Notes: generated by a model from the letters alone, not told the origin. Shown: positions 27,721-38,719, counted from the first letter of the stretch. The stretch: 64,000 bases of DNA from Pyrodictiaceae archaeon (GCA_027036135.1 JALVSY010000016.1:224001-288000); one strand, 5' to 3'. Made by a program: numbers and translations.

Positions 27721-29307
27721 CTAGTCTTTATCGAGTCCGTATGCCCAGCTTACCTCCCTGGCCCACCCAAGTGCTCTTTTAACAGCTGCCTTCCACCCCT
27801 TGTAGAGTTTTTCACGAATCTCTTGCGGCATTCTTGGCTTGTAAGTTTTCTCGACTCTCCAGAGCTTCTCGACCTCACTTATATTCTTCCACAGTCCTGC
27901 TGCTATTCCGGCTAGGAAGGCTGCACCGAGGCTAGTGGTCTCCCTGATTACTGGTCGCTGTACTTCCATCCCCAAGATATCAGCTAGGAATTGCATTAGA
28001 AACTCGCTTTTAGTCACACCACCATCTACTCGTAGCCTACTTAGCTCTAGCCCCGACTCAAACTTCATAATCTCTAGTACATCCCTTGTTGTATAGGCTA
28101 TGGATTCTAGTACTGCTCTCACTATGTGGCGACGCTCAGTAGCCCTCGTGATCCCGATTACGAGGCCCCGTGCATAGGGGTCCCAATAGGGGGCACCCAG
28201 CCCAGTTAGTGCCGGTACGAAGTACACACCACCAGTATCCTTAGCCGCCTCTGCTAACGGATCAACCTCGCCAGGAACCTCTATTATCTTCAATCCATCA
28301 CGTAGCCACTGTATAGCCGCGCCCGTCGCAAAAACACTGCCCTCGATAGCATATTGTGCCTCACCCCTCCTCACAGAATAAAAGACTGTGGTAAGGAGCC
28401 CCTCCTTGGAGTAAACAATATCATCCCCGGTATTCATTAGTATAAAGGTGCCAGTGCCGTAAGTGGCTTTCACGGCGCCAGCTCTGAACCCAGCTTGCCC
28501 AAAGAGCGCTGCTTGTTGATCACCTGCATCACCACAAACGGGTACTTCTGCACCAATTATTCTTGCAGCCTCTGGGCCGACATATCCATAGCATCCCTTG
28601 TCGCTTGAGGGCCTGGGCTCCGGGAGAGAGACGCGTGGAATCCTATCCATTATCTCTAATAGCTCCTCATCCCAATCAAGAGTTCTTATATTGAAGAGCA
28701 TTGTTCGCGACGCGTTACTATAGTCTGTTACATGAGAGCCGTCTTTCTCTGGAGTTGCTATGCTTCTTCCTCCACGCGTAAGGCGCCAAATAATCCACGA
28801 GTCAATCGTGCCAAGTAGTGCTTCTCCTCGCTCTAGGCGCTCACGAAGCCCAGGCTTGTTGCGTAGAAGCCACATTATCTTAGTCGCGGAGAAATAGGGA
28901 TCAGGTATGAGCCCTGTCCGTTCATGAATAACGCTGCCATACTCCTTCTTGAGTTCGTCGCTTATCGGCGCTGTTCTCCTATCCTGCCACACAATAGCAT
29001 TATACAACGGCTCCCCGGTTCTGGGGTCCCATACAACTATTGTTTCCCGCTGATTAGTTACACCAATAGCCACAATATCTCTCGGGTTAACCCTGCTCTT
29101 CTCAATCGCCTCCTTTATTACTGCTTTGACGTTCTCCCATATCTCTAATGGGTCGTGCTCAACCCACCCAGGTCGAGGGTAGAGTTGTTTGTGTTCCCTA
29201 TAGCTCCATCCATGCTTCACAATATAGGCTTCTTCATCAAATAATATGGCCCTAGTACCAGTTGTTCCTTGATCAATAGCAAGCACATACCCCACTAAGA
29301 CCACCAC
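27721..29307 (-). CDS. glpK: Glycerol kinase
   Basis: [45 protein letters not shown]. Confidence 0.97.
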   Translation of the reverse strand: MVVLVGYVLAIDQGTTGTRAILFDEEAYIVKHGWSYREHKQLYPRPGWVEHDPLEIWENVKAVIKEAIEKSRVNPRDIVAIGVTNQRETIVVWDPRTGEPLYNAIVWQDRRTAPISDELKKEYGSVIHERTGLIPDPYFSATKIMWLLRNKPGLRERLERGEALLGTIDSWIIWRLTRGGRSIATPEKDGSHVTDYSNASRTMLFNIRTLDWDEELLEIMDRIPRVSLPEPRPSSDKGCYGYVGPEAARIIGAEVPVCGDAGDQQAALFGQAGFRAGAVKATYGTGTFILMNTGDDIVYSKEGLLTTVFYSVRRGEAQYAIEGSVFATGAAIQWLRDGLKIIEVPGEVDPLAEAAKDTGGVYFVPALTGLGAPYWDPYARGLVIGITRATERRHIVRAVLESIAYTTRDVLEIMKFESGLELSRLRVDGGVTKSEFLMQFLADILGMEVQRPVIRETTSLGAAFLAGIAAGLWKNISEVEKLWRVEKTYKPRMPQEIREKLYKGWKAAVKRALGWAREVSWAYGLDKD

Positions 29308-29358
29308 ACTACAAACATAATGAGCGAAGTGAGAGATAGTAGGAGCTAGGTATCCAAT

Positions 29359-29661
29359 TCATGGCTTTGAGCTTATGAGAGCTAGGTTCTCAGTCATCTT
29401 TATTCTCACTTCTATTCCTAAAGATTTGGATAGAGCCTTAGCTAAGTCCCGGACTGCTTTAAGCAACTGAACCGCTTTGGAAGGGTTAGCTAGCAAACGT
29501 AGAGGGAATTTTTCAATAATTATTTCGAGAACATTACCTTGTAGGCGCATCTTTCCCTCATACTCATCTACTTTCCAGTTAAACTCAATCATAGAGCTTG
29601 AGAGATCTATCTCACTAACTTTGCCATCGATCTCTATGCTTATATGCAGGCCTAGCACCAT
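29359..29661 (-). CDS. Hypothetical protein
   Basis: 100-aa ORF co-oriented with its neighbours. Confidence 0.5.
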   Translation of the reverse strand: MVLGLHISIEIDGKVSEIDLSSSMIEFNWKVDEYEGKMRLQGNVLEIIIEKFPLRLLANPSKAVQLLKAVRDLAKALSKSLGIEVRIKMTENLALISSKP

Positions 29662-29755
29662 TCCACATCTTCCATCGACGCCGTGATATAGACTTGATTG
29701 ATTTCATATGCCTAAAAATATATTAATGAGACTTGATAGGACTAGAAGGAGCCGT

Positions 29756-29932
29756 TTATTGCTTTGTCTCTCCTTCCTTGTAAACGGTTCTTATAGTTAT
29801 TGTGCCAGATATATTTGATAGACTTATGTCTATTCTCTCTGGAGGCTTGTCAGCCTTGCTTAACATCTCAACAAACTTAGCTATTACCTGGTCGTCTAGG
29901 TTTGCCTCCATATTTATCTTTATAGTTGCCAT
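29756..29932 (-). CDS. Small hypothetical protein (MATIKIN...)
   Basis: GGGGTG RBS before the ATG at 29932. Confidence 0.55.
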   Translation of the reverse strand: MATIKINMEANLDDQVIAKFVEMLSKADKPPERIDISLSNISGTITIRTVYKEGETKQ

Positions 29933-30024
29933 GTGTTTTGCACCCCACAAACTAGGCTCGCTTACACCCTCCGCGTTTCTTAGAGAGTATGATTAGTGGC
30001 CCCTTGTAAGTTTTGACTCGCTCT

Positions 30025-31341
30025 TCACTTAGCTACTTGTAGGAGAGGAGCCCATAGAGGAAGTGTTATCAAGTATTGAATGACGAGCGATAATATGGTG
30101 AATGGGATAGAGTATTTGAAGAAGGTCCGAGGCTTTACCCGATAGCCTGCTTTCTCCGCCATAGATATCGCGACATAAAGTGCTGGTGCGGCTGCTACTG
30201 TCATATTGCTTGCCAAGGTGGCTGACCACGCCATGCCCCAGTAGAGGGGCCACGCGTTTATTCCTGTCATTTTTGCTGCATCCCTTACCATATAGAGAAA
30301 TGTTAGGAGAAGCGCGTCATGCTCAACGATGGTTGCTAAGCCGGCCACAACCCAGTAGAACACAGTATAGGCTACAAAAGGCCCCGCTAATAAGAACCCC
30401 ATGATATGCCTTGCAGCACTCTCAAGGACGCCATTTGCTTCTAAGCCTCCTACTAGCCCGAACAGAGATGCATAGAAGAGGAGAGCACGCCACTCAACAT
30501 GGTTAAGTGCCTCCTCTATTGATACACCTCTGCCGCTTATTTTATTATGGAACTCGGCTATGAGAGCTGTAAACGCTGCCCCACTCATGGTGATGAAGCC
30601 CAATGGCACACCTAGAAGAGGCCTTACCGCCATACCTATCACTGTCGCCGTGAAACCAGCAATGCTTATCAACAAGACTGGCTTGTTTATCTTCTCTTCT
30701 AGCTCCCTGGACTCGATACTAACAATATTCATAGGCTCCTTCGATATAAACAACCAATACATAATAGCAACCACTAATAGGAATGTTATCGTTAATAGCG
30801 GGAAACTGCTTGGCCTCCCATGACTCCATATAAAGTCTAGGAACTCAGCACCGGCAACGCTGTGCAGTAATTGTGGCGGTAAATCTCCCATAAGGAGTGC
30901 TGTCCCCATGAAGTTTGCCGCAAAACCAACAAGGAGTATGGCTAGTACAGGGTCTGCCCTGGTCTTTCTAGCGGCTTCTATTACTATAGTGCCGAAGAGA
31001 AGTATAACCAAGACGTTATCGACGAGTATTGATACAAAGCCAGCTAGTATCACCATTGCCAATAGGAATAGGCGATAGCTACGTATGCGCCTCGCAACAG
31101 CGTCAACCACTAGTTCGGCAAAGCCTCCCTCTATCATGTAGCCAGTTATTATCCACATACCCAGCAAAGTAGCTATTACATTCCAATCAATCTTGTGAAA
31201 AGCCTCCAGCGGAGTATACTTAGTCAACACTATCATTAGTACAAGGCCTACAAGACCCATCACACTTTCATCAATTATCCTTAATACTATACCTGCGACG
31301 ACAAGTACGAAAAGAGCAGCGGCAAGGGCTTCTACGCTCAC
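30025..31341 (-). CDS. ArsB/NhaD/SLC13-family ion transporter
   Basis: IDWN..LLGM, S.LVDNV, AANFMG..LLMGD.P, VEW..LLFY. Confidence 0.88.
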   Translation of the reverse strand: MSVEALAAALFVLVVAGIVLRIIDESVMGLVGLVLMIVLTKYTPLEAFHKIDWNVIATLLGMWIITGYMIEGGFAELVVDAVARRIRSYRLFLLAMVILAGFVSILVDNVLVILLFGTIVIEAARKTRADPVLAILLVGFAANFMGTALLMGDLPPQLLHSVAGAEFLDFIWSHGRPSSFPLLTITFLLVVAIMYWLFISKEPMNIVSIESRELEEKINKPVLLISIAGFTATVIGMAVRPLLGVPLGFITMSGAAFTALIAEFHNKISGRGVSIEEALNHVEWRALLFYASLFGLVGGLEANGVLESAARHIMGFLLAGPFVAYTVFYWVVAGLATIVEHDALLLTFLYMVRDAAKMTGINAWPLYWGMAWSATLASNMTVAAAPALYVAISMAEKAGYRVKPRTFFKYSIPFTILSLVIQYLITLPLWAPLLQVAK

Positions 31342-31528
31342 CTTTACCGCACCGCATAGCCTCTATTTAGTGGCTCCCAGCGTTCATGTGTAGCTTAGAT
31401 TTCTAATACTATTCGCCAGCCCATATTACAGTATTTCACTGCGCGTTAACAAGCTTAGAGAAATAGAAGAACGTCTTATATTGATGAGATGCTGGAGGAA
31501 TAAAAGAACAGAAGAACCAGTATTATGA

Positions 31529-32860
31529 TTAGTGACCCAGTAGGGCTAGTTCTAGTATCTTCTTTACCTCGATCTGTACATCTATTGGTAGCTTGTTTAT
31601 CACTGGCTCGAAGAACCCGTTCACTATTAGCCATGTAGCCTCGTCTTCATCGAAACCCATTAGTGCCAGGTAGTAGAGCTTCTCATAGCTTATTCTACCA
31701 ACGCTTGCCTCGTGGCTTAGCTCGGCGTCCTTCTCCTCTGTGCCTATTGCTGGTACTGTTATGCTCTTTGCCTTATCTCCTATTACTAATGTGTTACAGC
31801 TCATGAAGCCCGTGGCTCCCTTGGCCCCCCGCGCTGCATAGAGCATTCCGTTGAACTCCTCTACTGCCTCGTCCTTGACGACTGTTCTGTTGAGTATCTG
31901 TGCCGAGGTCTCTGGTGCCTCGTATCTTATGAGGGGGGCGCTGTGTACCCGCTGCTTATCACGGTATAGCGCTATGTTCTGTATTACGCCTCTGCTCTTT
32001 CTTCCGCGTAGGTCTATTCTTGGTGCAGTATGGGAGGTCGTGGAGTAAAATGCTATTGATGTTAGCTCAGCGTAGGCATTGTCTCCTTCAACTATAGCTC
32101 TCTTTACTGGCATGTGGTGTACCTCGCCTAGCCAGTTATTGATGCTCGCCACGTATAGCTTAGCGTTATTCTTCACAAACGCCTCGAGGCCTCCTAGGTG
32201 TACTGCGTAGCGCAGCGCTATTGGTGTAGTACATCCCTCTATCCAGTGAAGCTCTGCGCCCTCCTCTAGGACTATTAGTGTATGCTCTGTCTGGCCGAGC
32301 CCCTCCCTGCCTATTATGAAGACTCCTTGGAGTGGCTGCGGGATCTTGACGCCCCTTGGCACGTATATGAATGGTCCACCAGCCCATAACATTACATGGT
32401 AAGCTGTCTTCCTATTGAGTTGTGGATGTAGGCCTCGGAACGCGTACTCTTTCACCACTGGGTAGCGCTTAACAGCTTCATCCATGCTCGTAAATATGAC
32501 CCCCTTCTTCTCGAAGTACTTTAGTACAGCCTTTACAACAACGTTGTCCACATCGATGCTGAAGCCGCTAGCTAGTACCTCGAGTTCTTCCGGCTTCACG
32601 CCAAGGCGCTCAGCAGCCTTTATAGCCTCCTCTGTAGGCAGTACAGGGTTCTCAAGGCTCTCGATGAACACCTTGTACGTAACCTTCTCTATCAACGGGT
32701 CTATCTTAGGGTCTGGCGGCGTTGATCTAAGGTACTCGAATGCCTCTAGCCTTCTCCGGAGAACCCACTCTGGCTCCTTCCGTCTCCTACTAAACTCTAC
32801 GATATCGTCACGGCTTAGCTCGGTCAGAGGCCTATCCTCTAATAAGCGTGTACCGCTCAT
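31529..32860 (-). CDS. sufB: Fe-S cluster assembly SufB/SufD-family protein
   Basis: EPEWVL..RL, QTEHTLI, IEGCTTP, HEASVG, IVNGF. Confidence 0.92.
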   Translation of the reverse strand: MSGTRLLEDRPLTELSRDDIVEFSRRRKEPEWVLRRRLEAFEYLRSTPPDPKIDPLIEKVTYKVFIESLENPVLPTEEAIKAAERLGVKPEELEVLASGFSIDVDNVVVKAVLKYFEKKGVIFTSMDEAVKRYPVVKEYAFRGLHPQLNRKTAYHVMLWAGGPFIYVPRGVKIPQPLQGVFIIGREGLGQTEHTLIVLEEGAELHWIEGCTTPIALRYAVHLGGLEAFVKNNAKLYVASINNWLGEVHHMPVKRAIVEGDNAYAELTSIAFYSTTSHTAPRIDLRGRKSRGVIQNIALYRDKQRVHSAPLIRYEAPETSAQILNRTVVKDEAVEEFNGMLYAARGAKGATGFMSCNTLVIGDKAKSITVPAIGTEEKDAELSHEASVGRISYEKLYYLALMGFDEDEATWLIVNGFFEPVINKLPIDVQIEVKKILELALLGH

Positions 32861-32867
32861 ACATTAT

Positions 32868-33611
32868 TCACCTCCCACCATTGCGGTGAGCTATCCACGT
32901 GTAGCCCTTGTCCTCTATGAGCTGGACGAGGTCAAGGCCGCCCTCCGCGACTATGCGGCCATTATACATTACATAGACATGGTCTGGTTCAAGGTGCTTA
33001 AATAAGCGTGGTTGGTGAGTTATGAGTACAACTATAGCTCCGTCTTCTCTCAGCTTCTCAATAGCCTTAGCAACCAGGGGCATACTCTCAACATCAACGC
33101 CGCTATCAGGCTCGTCTAGGAGAGCGACACGAGGCCTCTGAGCCAGAACCCTTGCGAGTTCGAGTCTCTTTCTCTCACCGCCACTCATCCCTACCATGAA
33201 GTAACGTGACATTATTGAGTCGCTGAGCCCTACTAGGCCCAGTAGCTCACGGGCAATGCGGAGCGCCTCATCGGTCTTATCGACCCCCTGGAACCTCTTA
33301 ATTATCCTTGATAATAGCTCTGCTACGCGAACCCCCTCTATCTCCAGGGGCATCTGAGTAGCGAGAGTTATTCCCTTGCGGGCCTTTTCATGCGTCGGTA
33401 GCTTCGTTATATCCTCTCCCTCGAGGAGAACCCGACCCTCAAGGCGGTAGCTCTGATGACCCATTATCGCGTTAACCAGGCTGCTCTTACCAGCGCCGTT
33501 AGGACCCATTATCGTATAGATTCCAGGCTTCACTAGGCACAGCGATACCTCCTTGACCACCTCTTTGCCATCACTGGTATACACCTTTACCTTTTGGATC
33601 TCGAAGGTCAT
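32868..33611 (-). CDS. sufC: Fe-S cluster assembly ATPase SufC
   Basis: MGPNGAGKS, SGGERKR, DEPDSGVD, ITH. Confidence 0.93.
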   Translation of the reverse strand: MTFEIQKVKVYTSDGKEVVKEVSLCLVKPGIYTIMGPNGAGKSSLVNAIMGHQSYRLEGRVLLEGEDITKLPTHEKARKGITLATQMPLEIEGVRVAELLSRIIKRFQGVDKTDEALRIARELLGLVGLSDSIMSRYFMVGMSGGERKRLELARVLAQRPRVALLDEPDSGVDVESMPLVAKAIEKLREDGAIVVLITHQPRLFKHLEPDHVYVMYNGRIVAEGGLDLVQLIEDKGYTWIAHRNGGR

Positions 33612-33740
33612 CCACCGGCACCTCTCACTACTAATCTCTGTTTTGAACCCTTGTTAAAGAAAGTGTTTCACGCCTGTTAATAAAGGCTCTCCACAGGGAG
33701 AGAAAACAGCTACTTTAACACCACAACTCAGGTCAGCGGC

Positions 33741-34490
33741 CTATGCCTTACCGCTGAGTAGGATCCGCTTTAACCACTCGTAGTATCTTTTCTCAAGGCC
33801 GAGAAACTCTAGTTTCTTCAACACCTTGTCAATATCGTATTTGACTCGGTAATGCCTCGTCTCCAGGGTTTCAGTATCAAGTATCATGTATGAAGCCGTG
33901 GGAATCCCGTCCCTTGGCTGACCAACACTTCCCGGATTAACCACAACTAGATCATTCACACATAGCCTGAACGGTATATGGGTATGCCCAACAACGACTA
34001 CGTCAGCGCTGACCAGGCGTCCTCTCTTCCCAAGCCTCATACTAAGAACCGATAAATGTTCCAGGATCTTCTCCTCGGGCATATCGGGTCTAAGATAACC
34101 ATATAGAGGACTAAGAGGCGATCCATGAACAATGTAGAACACGCGATCACTTATCTGGATTCGTTGCTTAATGGGCAGCGACCTAAGCCACTCCACCTGG
34201 TCACGGTTTAGTAACTTTAGCGAAATGTTCTCCCGGGTATAAACGCTGAGCTCATGGATTCTCGGATCACAAAAACAATCAACACCAAAAGCAACAGCGT
34301 TGTCATGATTACCTCTAACTATTATCCTTGGCTCGAGTTCCCTAATAGTATCTACTACTACGTGCGGCTCCGGGCCATAGTCCACGAGATCGCCTAGAAC
34401 CCATACCTCATCCCAGCCCCTAGCATGCTCAAGCACTGCTCTTAGTGCATCAGCGTTACCATGTATATCTGATAAAACGAGAACCCTCAC
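33741..34490 (-). CDS. Calcineurin-like metallophosphoesterase
   Basis: SDIHGN, GDLVDYG, GNHD, HG, GHTH, NPGSVGQPRDG. Confidence 0.92.
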   Translation of the reverse strand: MRVLVLSDIHGNADALRAVLEHARGWDEVWVLGDLVDYGPEPHVVVDTIRELEPRIIVRGNHDNAVAFGVDCFCDPRIHELSVYTRENISLKLLNRDQVEWLRSLPIKQRIQISDRVFYIVHGSPLSPLYGYLRPDMPEEKILEHLSVLSMRLGKRGRLVSADVVVVGHTHIPFRLCVNDLVVVNPGSVGQPRDGIPTASYMILDTETLETRHYRVKYDIDKVLKKLEFLGLEKRYYEWLKRILLSGKA

Positions 34491-35557
34491 GGTCTCATCC
34501 CCTTCCTCTCGGGTGGTAGGCGACGAGGTTCTCCTACCAATTTTCTTGCTGAGACTATTACTGGGTTCCTTATCTTAAAGCGCTCCTCAGCGCTTACTAG
34601 GCCTCTCTCGTGGTAAGCTAGCGATTCCCAGAACCCGTCCTCGTATTCGCTGAGGAGTACTATCTCAGTTATCCACTTGGCTGCCTTCCAGCCATAGAGG
34701 CTTGGGAAGAAGAGCCTAGCGGGGAAACCATGCTCCCTTGCTAAAGGCCTATCATCTACATGTGTTATCACTGCACCCTCTTCGGTAGCGATGCTCAATG
34801 GAACTATTGATGCATAGCCCCATGGATTCCGGGCTGCTAGCCACTTAGCCGAGCTAGCCACGCCTACTTCCTCCAGCAGCTCTGAGAGCCACACACCCCG
34901 CCACTGGTGCTTTCCTGTGCTCCAGCCCGTGACGCAGTGAAACTCGTACTCGCTGAGCAACCTGCTACGCCTAACAAGCTCCTCGTAGCTAAGTGTCTTG
35001 GGGGAAGAGACCTCGCCACTTATCCTTAGCCGCCACCCATTAATGCTTATCTCGGGGATTCCCTCAGCAACATAAACTATGAAGCGGGGTACTGTTATCT
35101 GGCCAGATGCTGTCTTAGAGCCTCTCGGCTCTAGGAAAACCGTGCCTATTGTATTGCCCTTCCTGACCACTTTCTCCGCCCCGAGCTTCTCGGCAACAAT
35201 GCTACTAATCTTGCTAGAGATGCCTGCCTCCAGAGCTCCAGACACATTTACCACATAGCCCCCGCTCTCAACTACCCTCAGCTCACCAATCGAGTCATTC
35301 CCGATTCTCAGAGGGTATGCATAGAGGTTGAAGCGCCTACCTATGTACTCCCAGTGAACACTATCAATACCTATCCCTAGCTCAGCGCCAAGGGTGTCTG
35401 CTAGAAACGTGGTTGCTTTCTTAGCGACCATCGTAATATCATTGTACCTCTCTACATTGTCTATGTCAACTGTGCACTCAAAACTATAAGGCACCAGAGT
35501 ACCAGCCATCAAGATACCGTTGTAGCGTACCAGGCAACCCAGTACGTCGCGATACAA
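34487..35557 (-). CDS. Sulfite-oxidase-like molybdopterin oxidoreductase with an N-terminal extra domain
   Basis: WRLRISGEV, FHCVTGWS, EHGFPARL, YGWKAAKW, GFWE..YH.RG. Confidence 0.88.
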   Translation of the reverse strand: MYRDVLGCLVRYNGILMAGTLVPYSFECTVDIDNVERYNDITMVAKKATTFLADTLGAELGIGIDSVHWEYIGRRFNLYAYPLRIGNDSIGELRVVESGGYVVNVSGALEAGISSKISSIVAEKLGAEKVVRKGNTIGTVFLEPRGSKTASGQITVPRFIVYVAEGIPEISINGWRLRISGEVSSPKTLSYEELVRRSRLLSEYEFHCVTGWSTGKHQWRGVWLSELLEEVGVASSAKWLAARNPWGYASIVPLSIATEEGAVITHVDDRPLAREHGFPARLFFPSLYGWKAAKWITEIVLLSEYEDGFWESLAYHERGLVSAEERFKIRNPVIVSARKLVGEPRRLPPERKGMRP

Positions 35558-35674
35558 AAATAATTACACCTCTAGGACAAGGCTTTTCTCCCTCAGCACC
35601 ACTAATCCGCTTTTCGTAACAGGCCAGCCGAATCACTACCAGCGGTATAGCTAGGCTAGGGGTGGCTCGACGCA

Positions 35675-36547
35675 GTGAACAAGTGTACAAGAATAGGAGA
35701 TGTACTAGTATGTGTGGGCGATATGAGAACAAATACAACCATAGTCAGGGACATAGTCATTGACGCTTCTCTCCCCCTTGCAAGGCTCCTAGCCAAGCCA
35801 CGCCTCCTGCTACTAACACATGGCCATGCTGACCACTTTAGGTATGCTCATGAATACCGTGGCTCGGGCATAGTCGTTGCTGCTCCTCGACACTGCCTAC
35901 CCCTTGTGGAGAACCCTGCAATTAACCAAATGGCCACTATCGGGTGGGCTGGCCCTATTGATGAGGAGCTCGTTACAAGGTACTTTGTCGGGAGAGGAGT
36001 AAGAGTTGATATAATCCTCGAGCCCGGCCAAGTAACCAATGGAGTTGAGGCATTAGCAGCACCGGGCCACACCCCTGGCCACCTCGTCTACCTCGCCGAG
36101 ACAAGGAATGCACGGGTACTAGTGGCAGGCGATACCGTGCTTGGCGAGGACTATCTAGAGAAGACACCGCTCCCTTATCATACCAGTACGCTGTGGCTTG
36201 AGGGGAGCCTCAACAGGATCAAGAGTCTGGATATTGATGTCCTTGTGCCAGGCCACGGGGAGGTAGCTATTGGTAAGCGAGAGGCTCGTAGACTAGTTGA
36301 AGCAAACTTGTCAAAGATCGAGTCAATGCTGCGCTTAGTGGAGAGCGTCCTACCTGGTTCCAGCGAGGACCCAGTCTATGTAGACGAGGTTGTTGCGAGG
36401 ATTGCTGAGAAACTGGGCTATACTCGTAGTAAGAGAGCGTACTCAGCGCTATCGCCCACTATCCGTGCACTCTTGTTAGCGTTAAAGCATAGGGGGCTCG
36501 CAGAATCAATACCATACAAAGGGGTACTAGCGTGGAGAAGAAAATAG
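35675..36547 (+). CDS. MBL-fold metallo-hydrolase
   Basis: THGHADH, PGHTPG, GD, PGHG. Confidence 0.9.
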   Translation: MNKCTRIGDVLVCVGDMRTNTTIVRDIVIDASLPLARLLAKPRLLLLTHGHADHFRYAHEYRGSGIVVAAPRHCLPLVENPAINQMATIGWAGPIDEELVTRYFVGRGVRVDIILEPGQVTNGVEALAAPGHTPGHLVYLAETRNARVLVAGDTVLGEDYLEKTPLPYHTSTLWLEGSLNRIKSLDIDVLVPGHGEVAIGKREARRLVEANLSKIESMLRLVESVLPGSSEDPVYVDEVVARIAEKLGYTRSKRAYSALSPTIRALLLALKHRGLAESIPYKGVLAWRRK

Positions 36548-37610
36548 GGCCCCGGGCTAGGCTCTGGAAACCCCTACTCGGCAAACCTGGTTTCGTCCAA
36601 TGCCTCGTCTGCGAGAGAAGATGCCCTATAGCCCCGGGTTCTCGCGGCGCTTGCGGCAACTACGTGAACGCTAGGAGTGAGCTACGCCACCTGGGCTACG
36701 GGAGGCTAAGTGCTATCAAGAGCCGGCCTATCGAGATAAAGCCCCTCTTCCACTACTGGCCCAATAGCACCGCGCTGACCTTCTCCGGTGGGGCTGCAAC
36801 TTCTACTGTCCATGGTGCCAGAACCACCTACTAAGCTTCCGCCACCCGGGGCCAGAGGACCCAGTAGTTGAGCCAGCAACACTGATCCGTGAAGCACTGC
36901 GCAGCGATGACGAGGGCCTTTGCGCGAGCTTCAATGAGCCAGCAACCCTCTTCGACTACCTACTTGATGTTTTCGAGCTAGCTAAGAAGAAGGGACTCTA
37001 CGGCTCAATAGTAACTAATGGATACTTCACTCCCAGGGCAATAGATATGCTCGTAGAAGCCGGTGTCGATGGGTGGAGCATCGATATCAAGGGCTGCCCA
37101 AAGCTAAGAGAAAAGAAGATACTCGTGCCGATAAACCACGAGTACGTGTTTAGGAATGCCCGCCGAGTCCTAGATCACGGCGGCCACGTAGAAATGGTCC
37201 ACCTGGTAGTAACTGGTGCAAACGATGACTCGGAGTGCTTTGAGTGGATAATAGACAAGCACATAGAGTACCTAGGACATAGTACACCGCTTCACATCAA
37301 CCGGTACTATCCCGCTCATCATTGGAGAGAGCCGCCGACACAGGTTGAGAAGCTCCTAGAGTGGCGCAGAAAAGCGCTACGAGAAGGCATAGAGTATGTC
37401 TACATCGGTAATCTAGGGGACCCAGAGCTAGAGACCACGCGGTGCCCGAGATGCGGAAAAGTACTGATAAGGCGAGAGGGCTATCGCGTCACCTACTTCG
37501 CCCTAGACTGTAGCAACGGGAAATGCCGCTGCCCACGATGCGGCTACCCCGTGAATATCCGTGGCCGCTACATACCTGGTAAGCTATGGGTTCCCCGCAC
37601 GCTTCTCTAA
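36532..37610 (+). pseudogene. AmmeMemoRadiSam-type radical SAM enzyme, frameshifted
   Basis: CxxCxRxC and RPIEIKPLFH in the first frame; a 1-nt loss at ~36787-36790 shifts WGCNFYCPWCQN, SFNEP, VTNG into a second frame that is open to 37610. Confidence 0.85.
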
Positions 37611-37651
37611 CCACTCATAATGAGTGGTATCAAAGCTGGGTGACCCGGGCT

Positions 37652-38719
37652 ATGAGGAGCCAAGCACTACTCGTCATAGCCCTGGCCGCATTACTAGTCC
37701 TCGCTGCACTACTAGTGCTCAGCCACCACGGAGCCAGGGAGGCGACTACTCCTAGGCACCCCATTACCGCTGACCAGTATCAGCGCATCCTCGGAGTAGG
37801 CCTAGCTGTTGACTGGCTAAACTATAGGAGAGTTGAGCACTGGTACTTCTACTGGAGAAGCCACGGAGTAAGCATACCAGCAATGATAAGGGCCAAGGGC
37901 TTCACCCACGTAAGGATAAGGATAAGCGGCGACGTAGTAGCGAACAAGACGCTTCTCCACATGCTAAGAACAGTGGTAAATGATTGCCTAGGAGCTGGCC
38001 TAGTACCAGTCATAACCTATACCGCTCCGCGCCTAAGAGGAGGGGATCTCAGCTCCTCTGCCCAGAGACACTTTGTCCAATGGTGGGTAACTGTAGCCAA
38101 GTATCTCCGAGACGAGCCCTACCTAGTCTCATACGACTTAGTAATAGAGGGTAGCGGCGCTCTCAGAGACAAACAAGAGCTACTAAACAGGCTTTACAAC
38201 GAGACCATAGCCGCGATAAGGAGAATAGACCCCTACCGAGTAATCATCGTGACTCCCGCCAATACCTCGAGCCCTTTCAGCCTCAAATACCTCAGAATCC
38301 GCTTCGACAACTACACCATCGCTGAGTGGCACATATACGCGGGCGGGCCAAAAGGACCCCTACAGAAACCCTTTGATAAAGCCTTCATCAAGGCAGCGAT
38401 AGAGACCGCGCTCAACTGGTCCAAGGAGACACACGTACCCGTGTACATGGGTGCCTGGCGACCAAACAGGATACCAAAACATAATAAAGAGAGACTACCA
38501 GACGGAGCACCCCGTGGAAAATACACATTGAGCGTGGCAATCCAGTTCTCAAAATACATGGCAGAACAGCTATGCAGCCACCACATACCATTCACAGTGA
38601 ACGCAGACACGCTCTTCATAGACTACGAGAAACCAGGTTGGTACCCCAGCCAAGAACCAATAATAAACACGATAATCAACACATGCAAAGCCATAGAGAC
38701 CAACGAGGAAAAGCACTAG
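37652..38719 (+). CDS. Secreted GH5-like (cellulase family) TIM-barrel protein
   Basis: Signal peptide, GF.HVRI, YDLVIE, AIRRIDP.R.I, EWHIY, VYMGAW. Confidence 0.8.
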   Translation: MRSQALLVIALAALLVLAALLVLSHHGAREATTPRHPITADQYQRILGVGLAVDWLNYRRVEHWYFYWRSHGVSIPAMIRAKGFTHVRIRISGDVVANKTLLHMLRTVVNDCLGAGLVPVITYTAPRLRGGDLSSSAQRHFVQWWVTVAKYLRDEPYLVSYDLVIEGSGALRDKQELLNRLYNETIAAIRRIDPYRVIIVTPANTSSPFSLKYLRIRFDNYTIAEWHIYAGGPKGPLQKPFDKAFIKAAIETALNWSKETHVPVYMGAWRPNRIPKHNKERLPDGAPRGKYTLSVAIQFSKYMAEQLCSHHIPFTVNADTLFIDYEKPGWYPSQEPIINTIINTCKAIETNEEKH

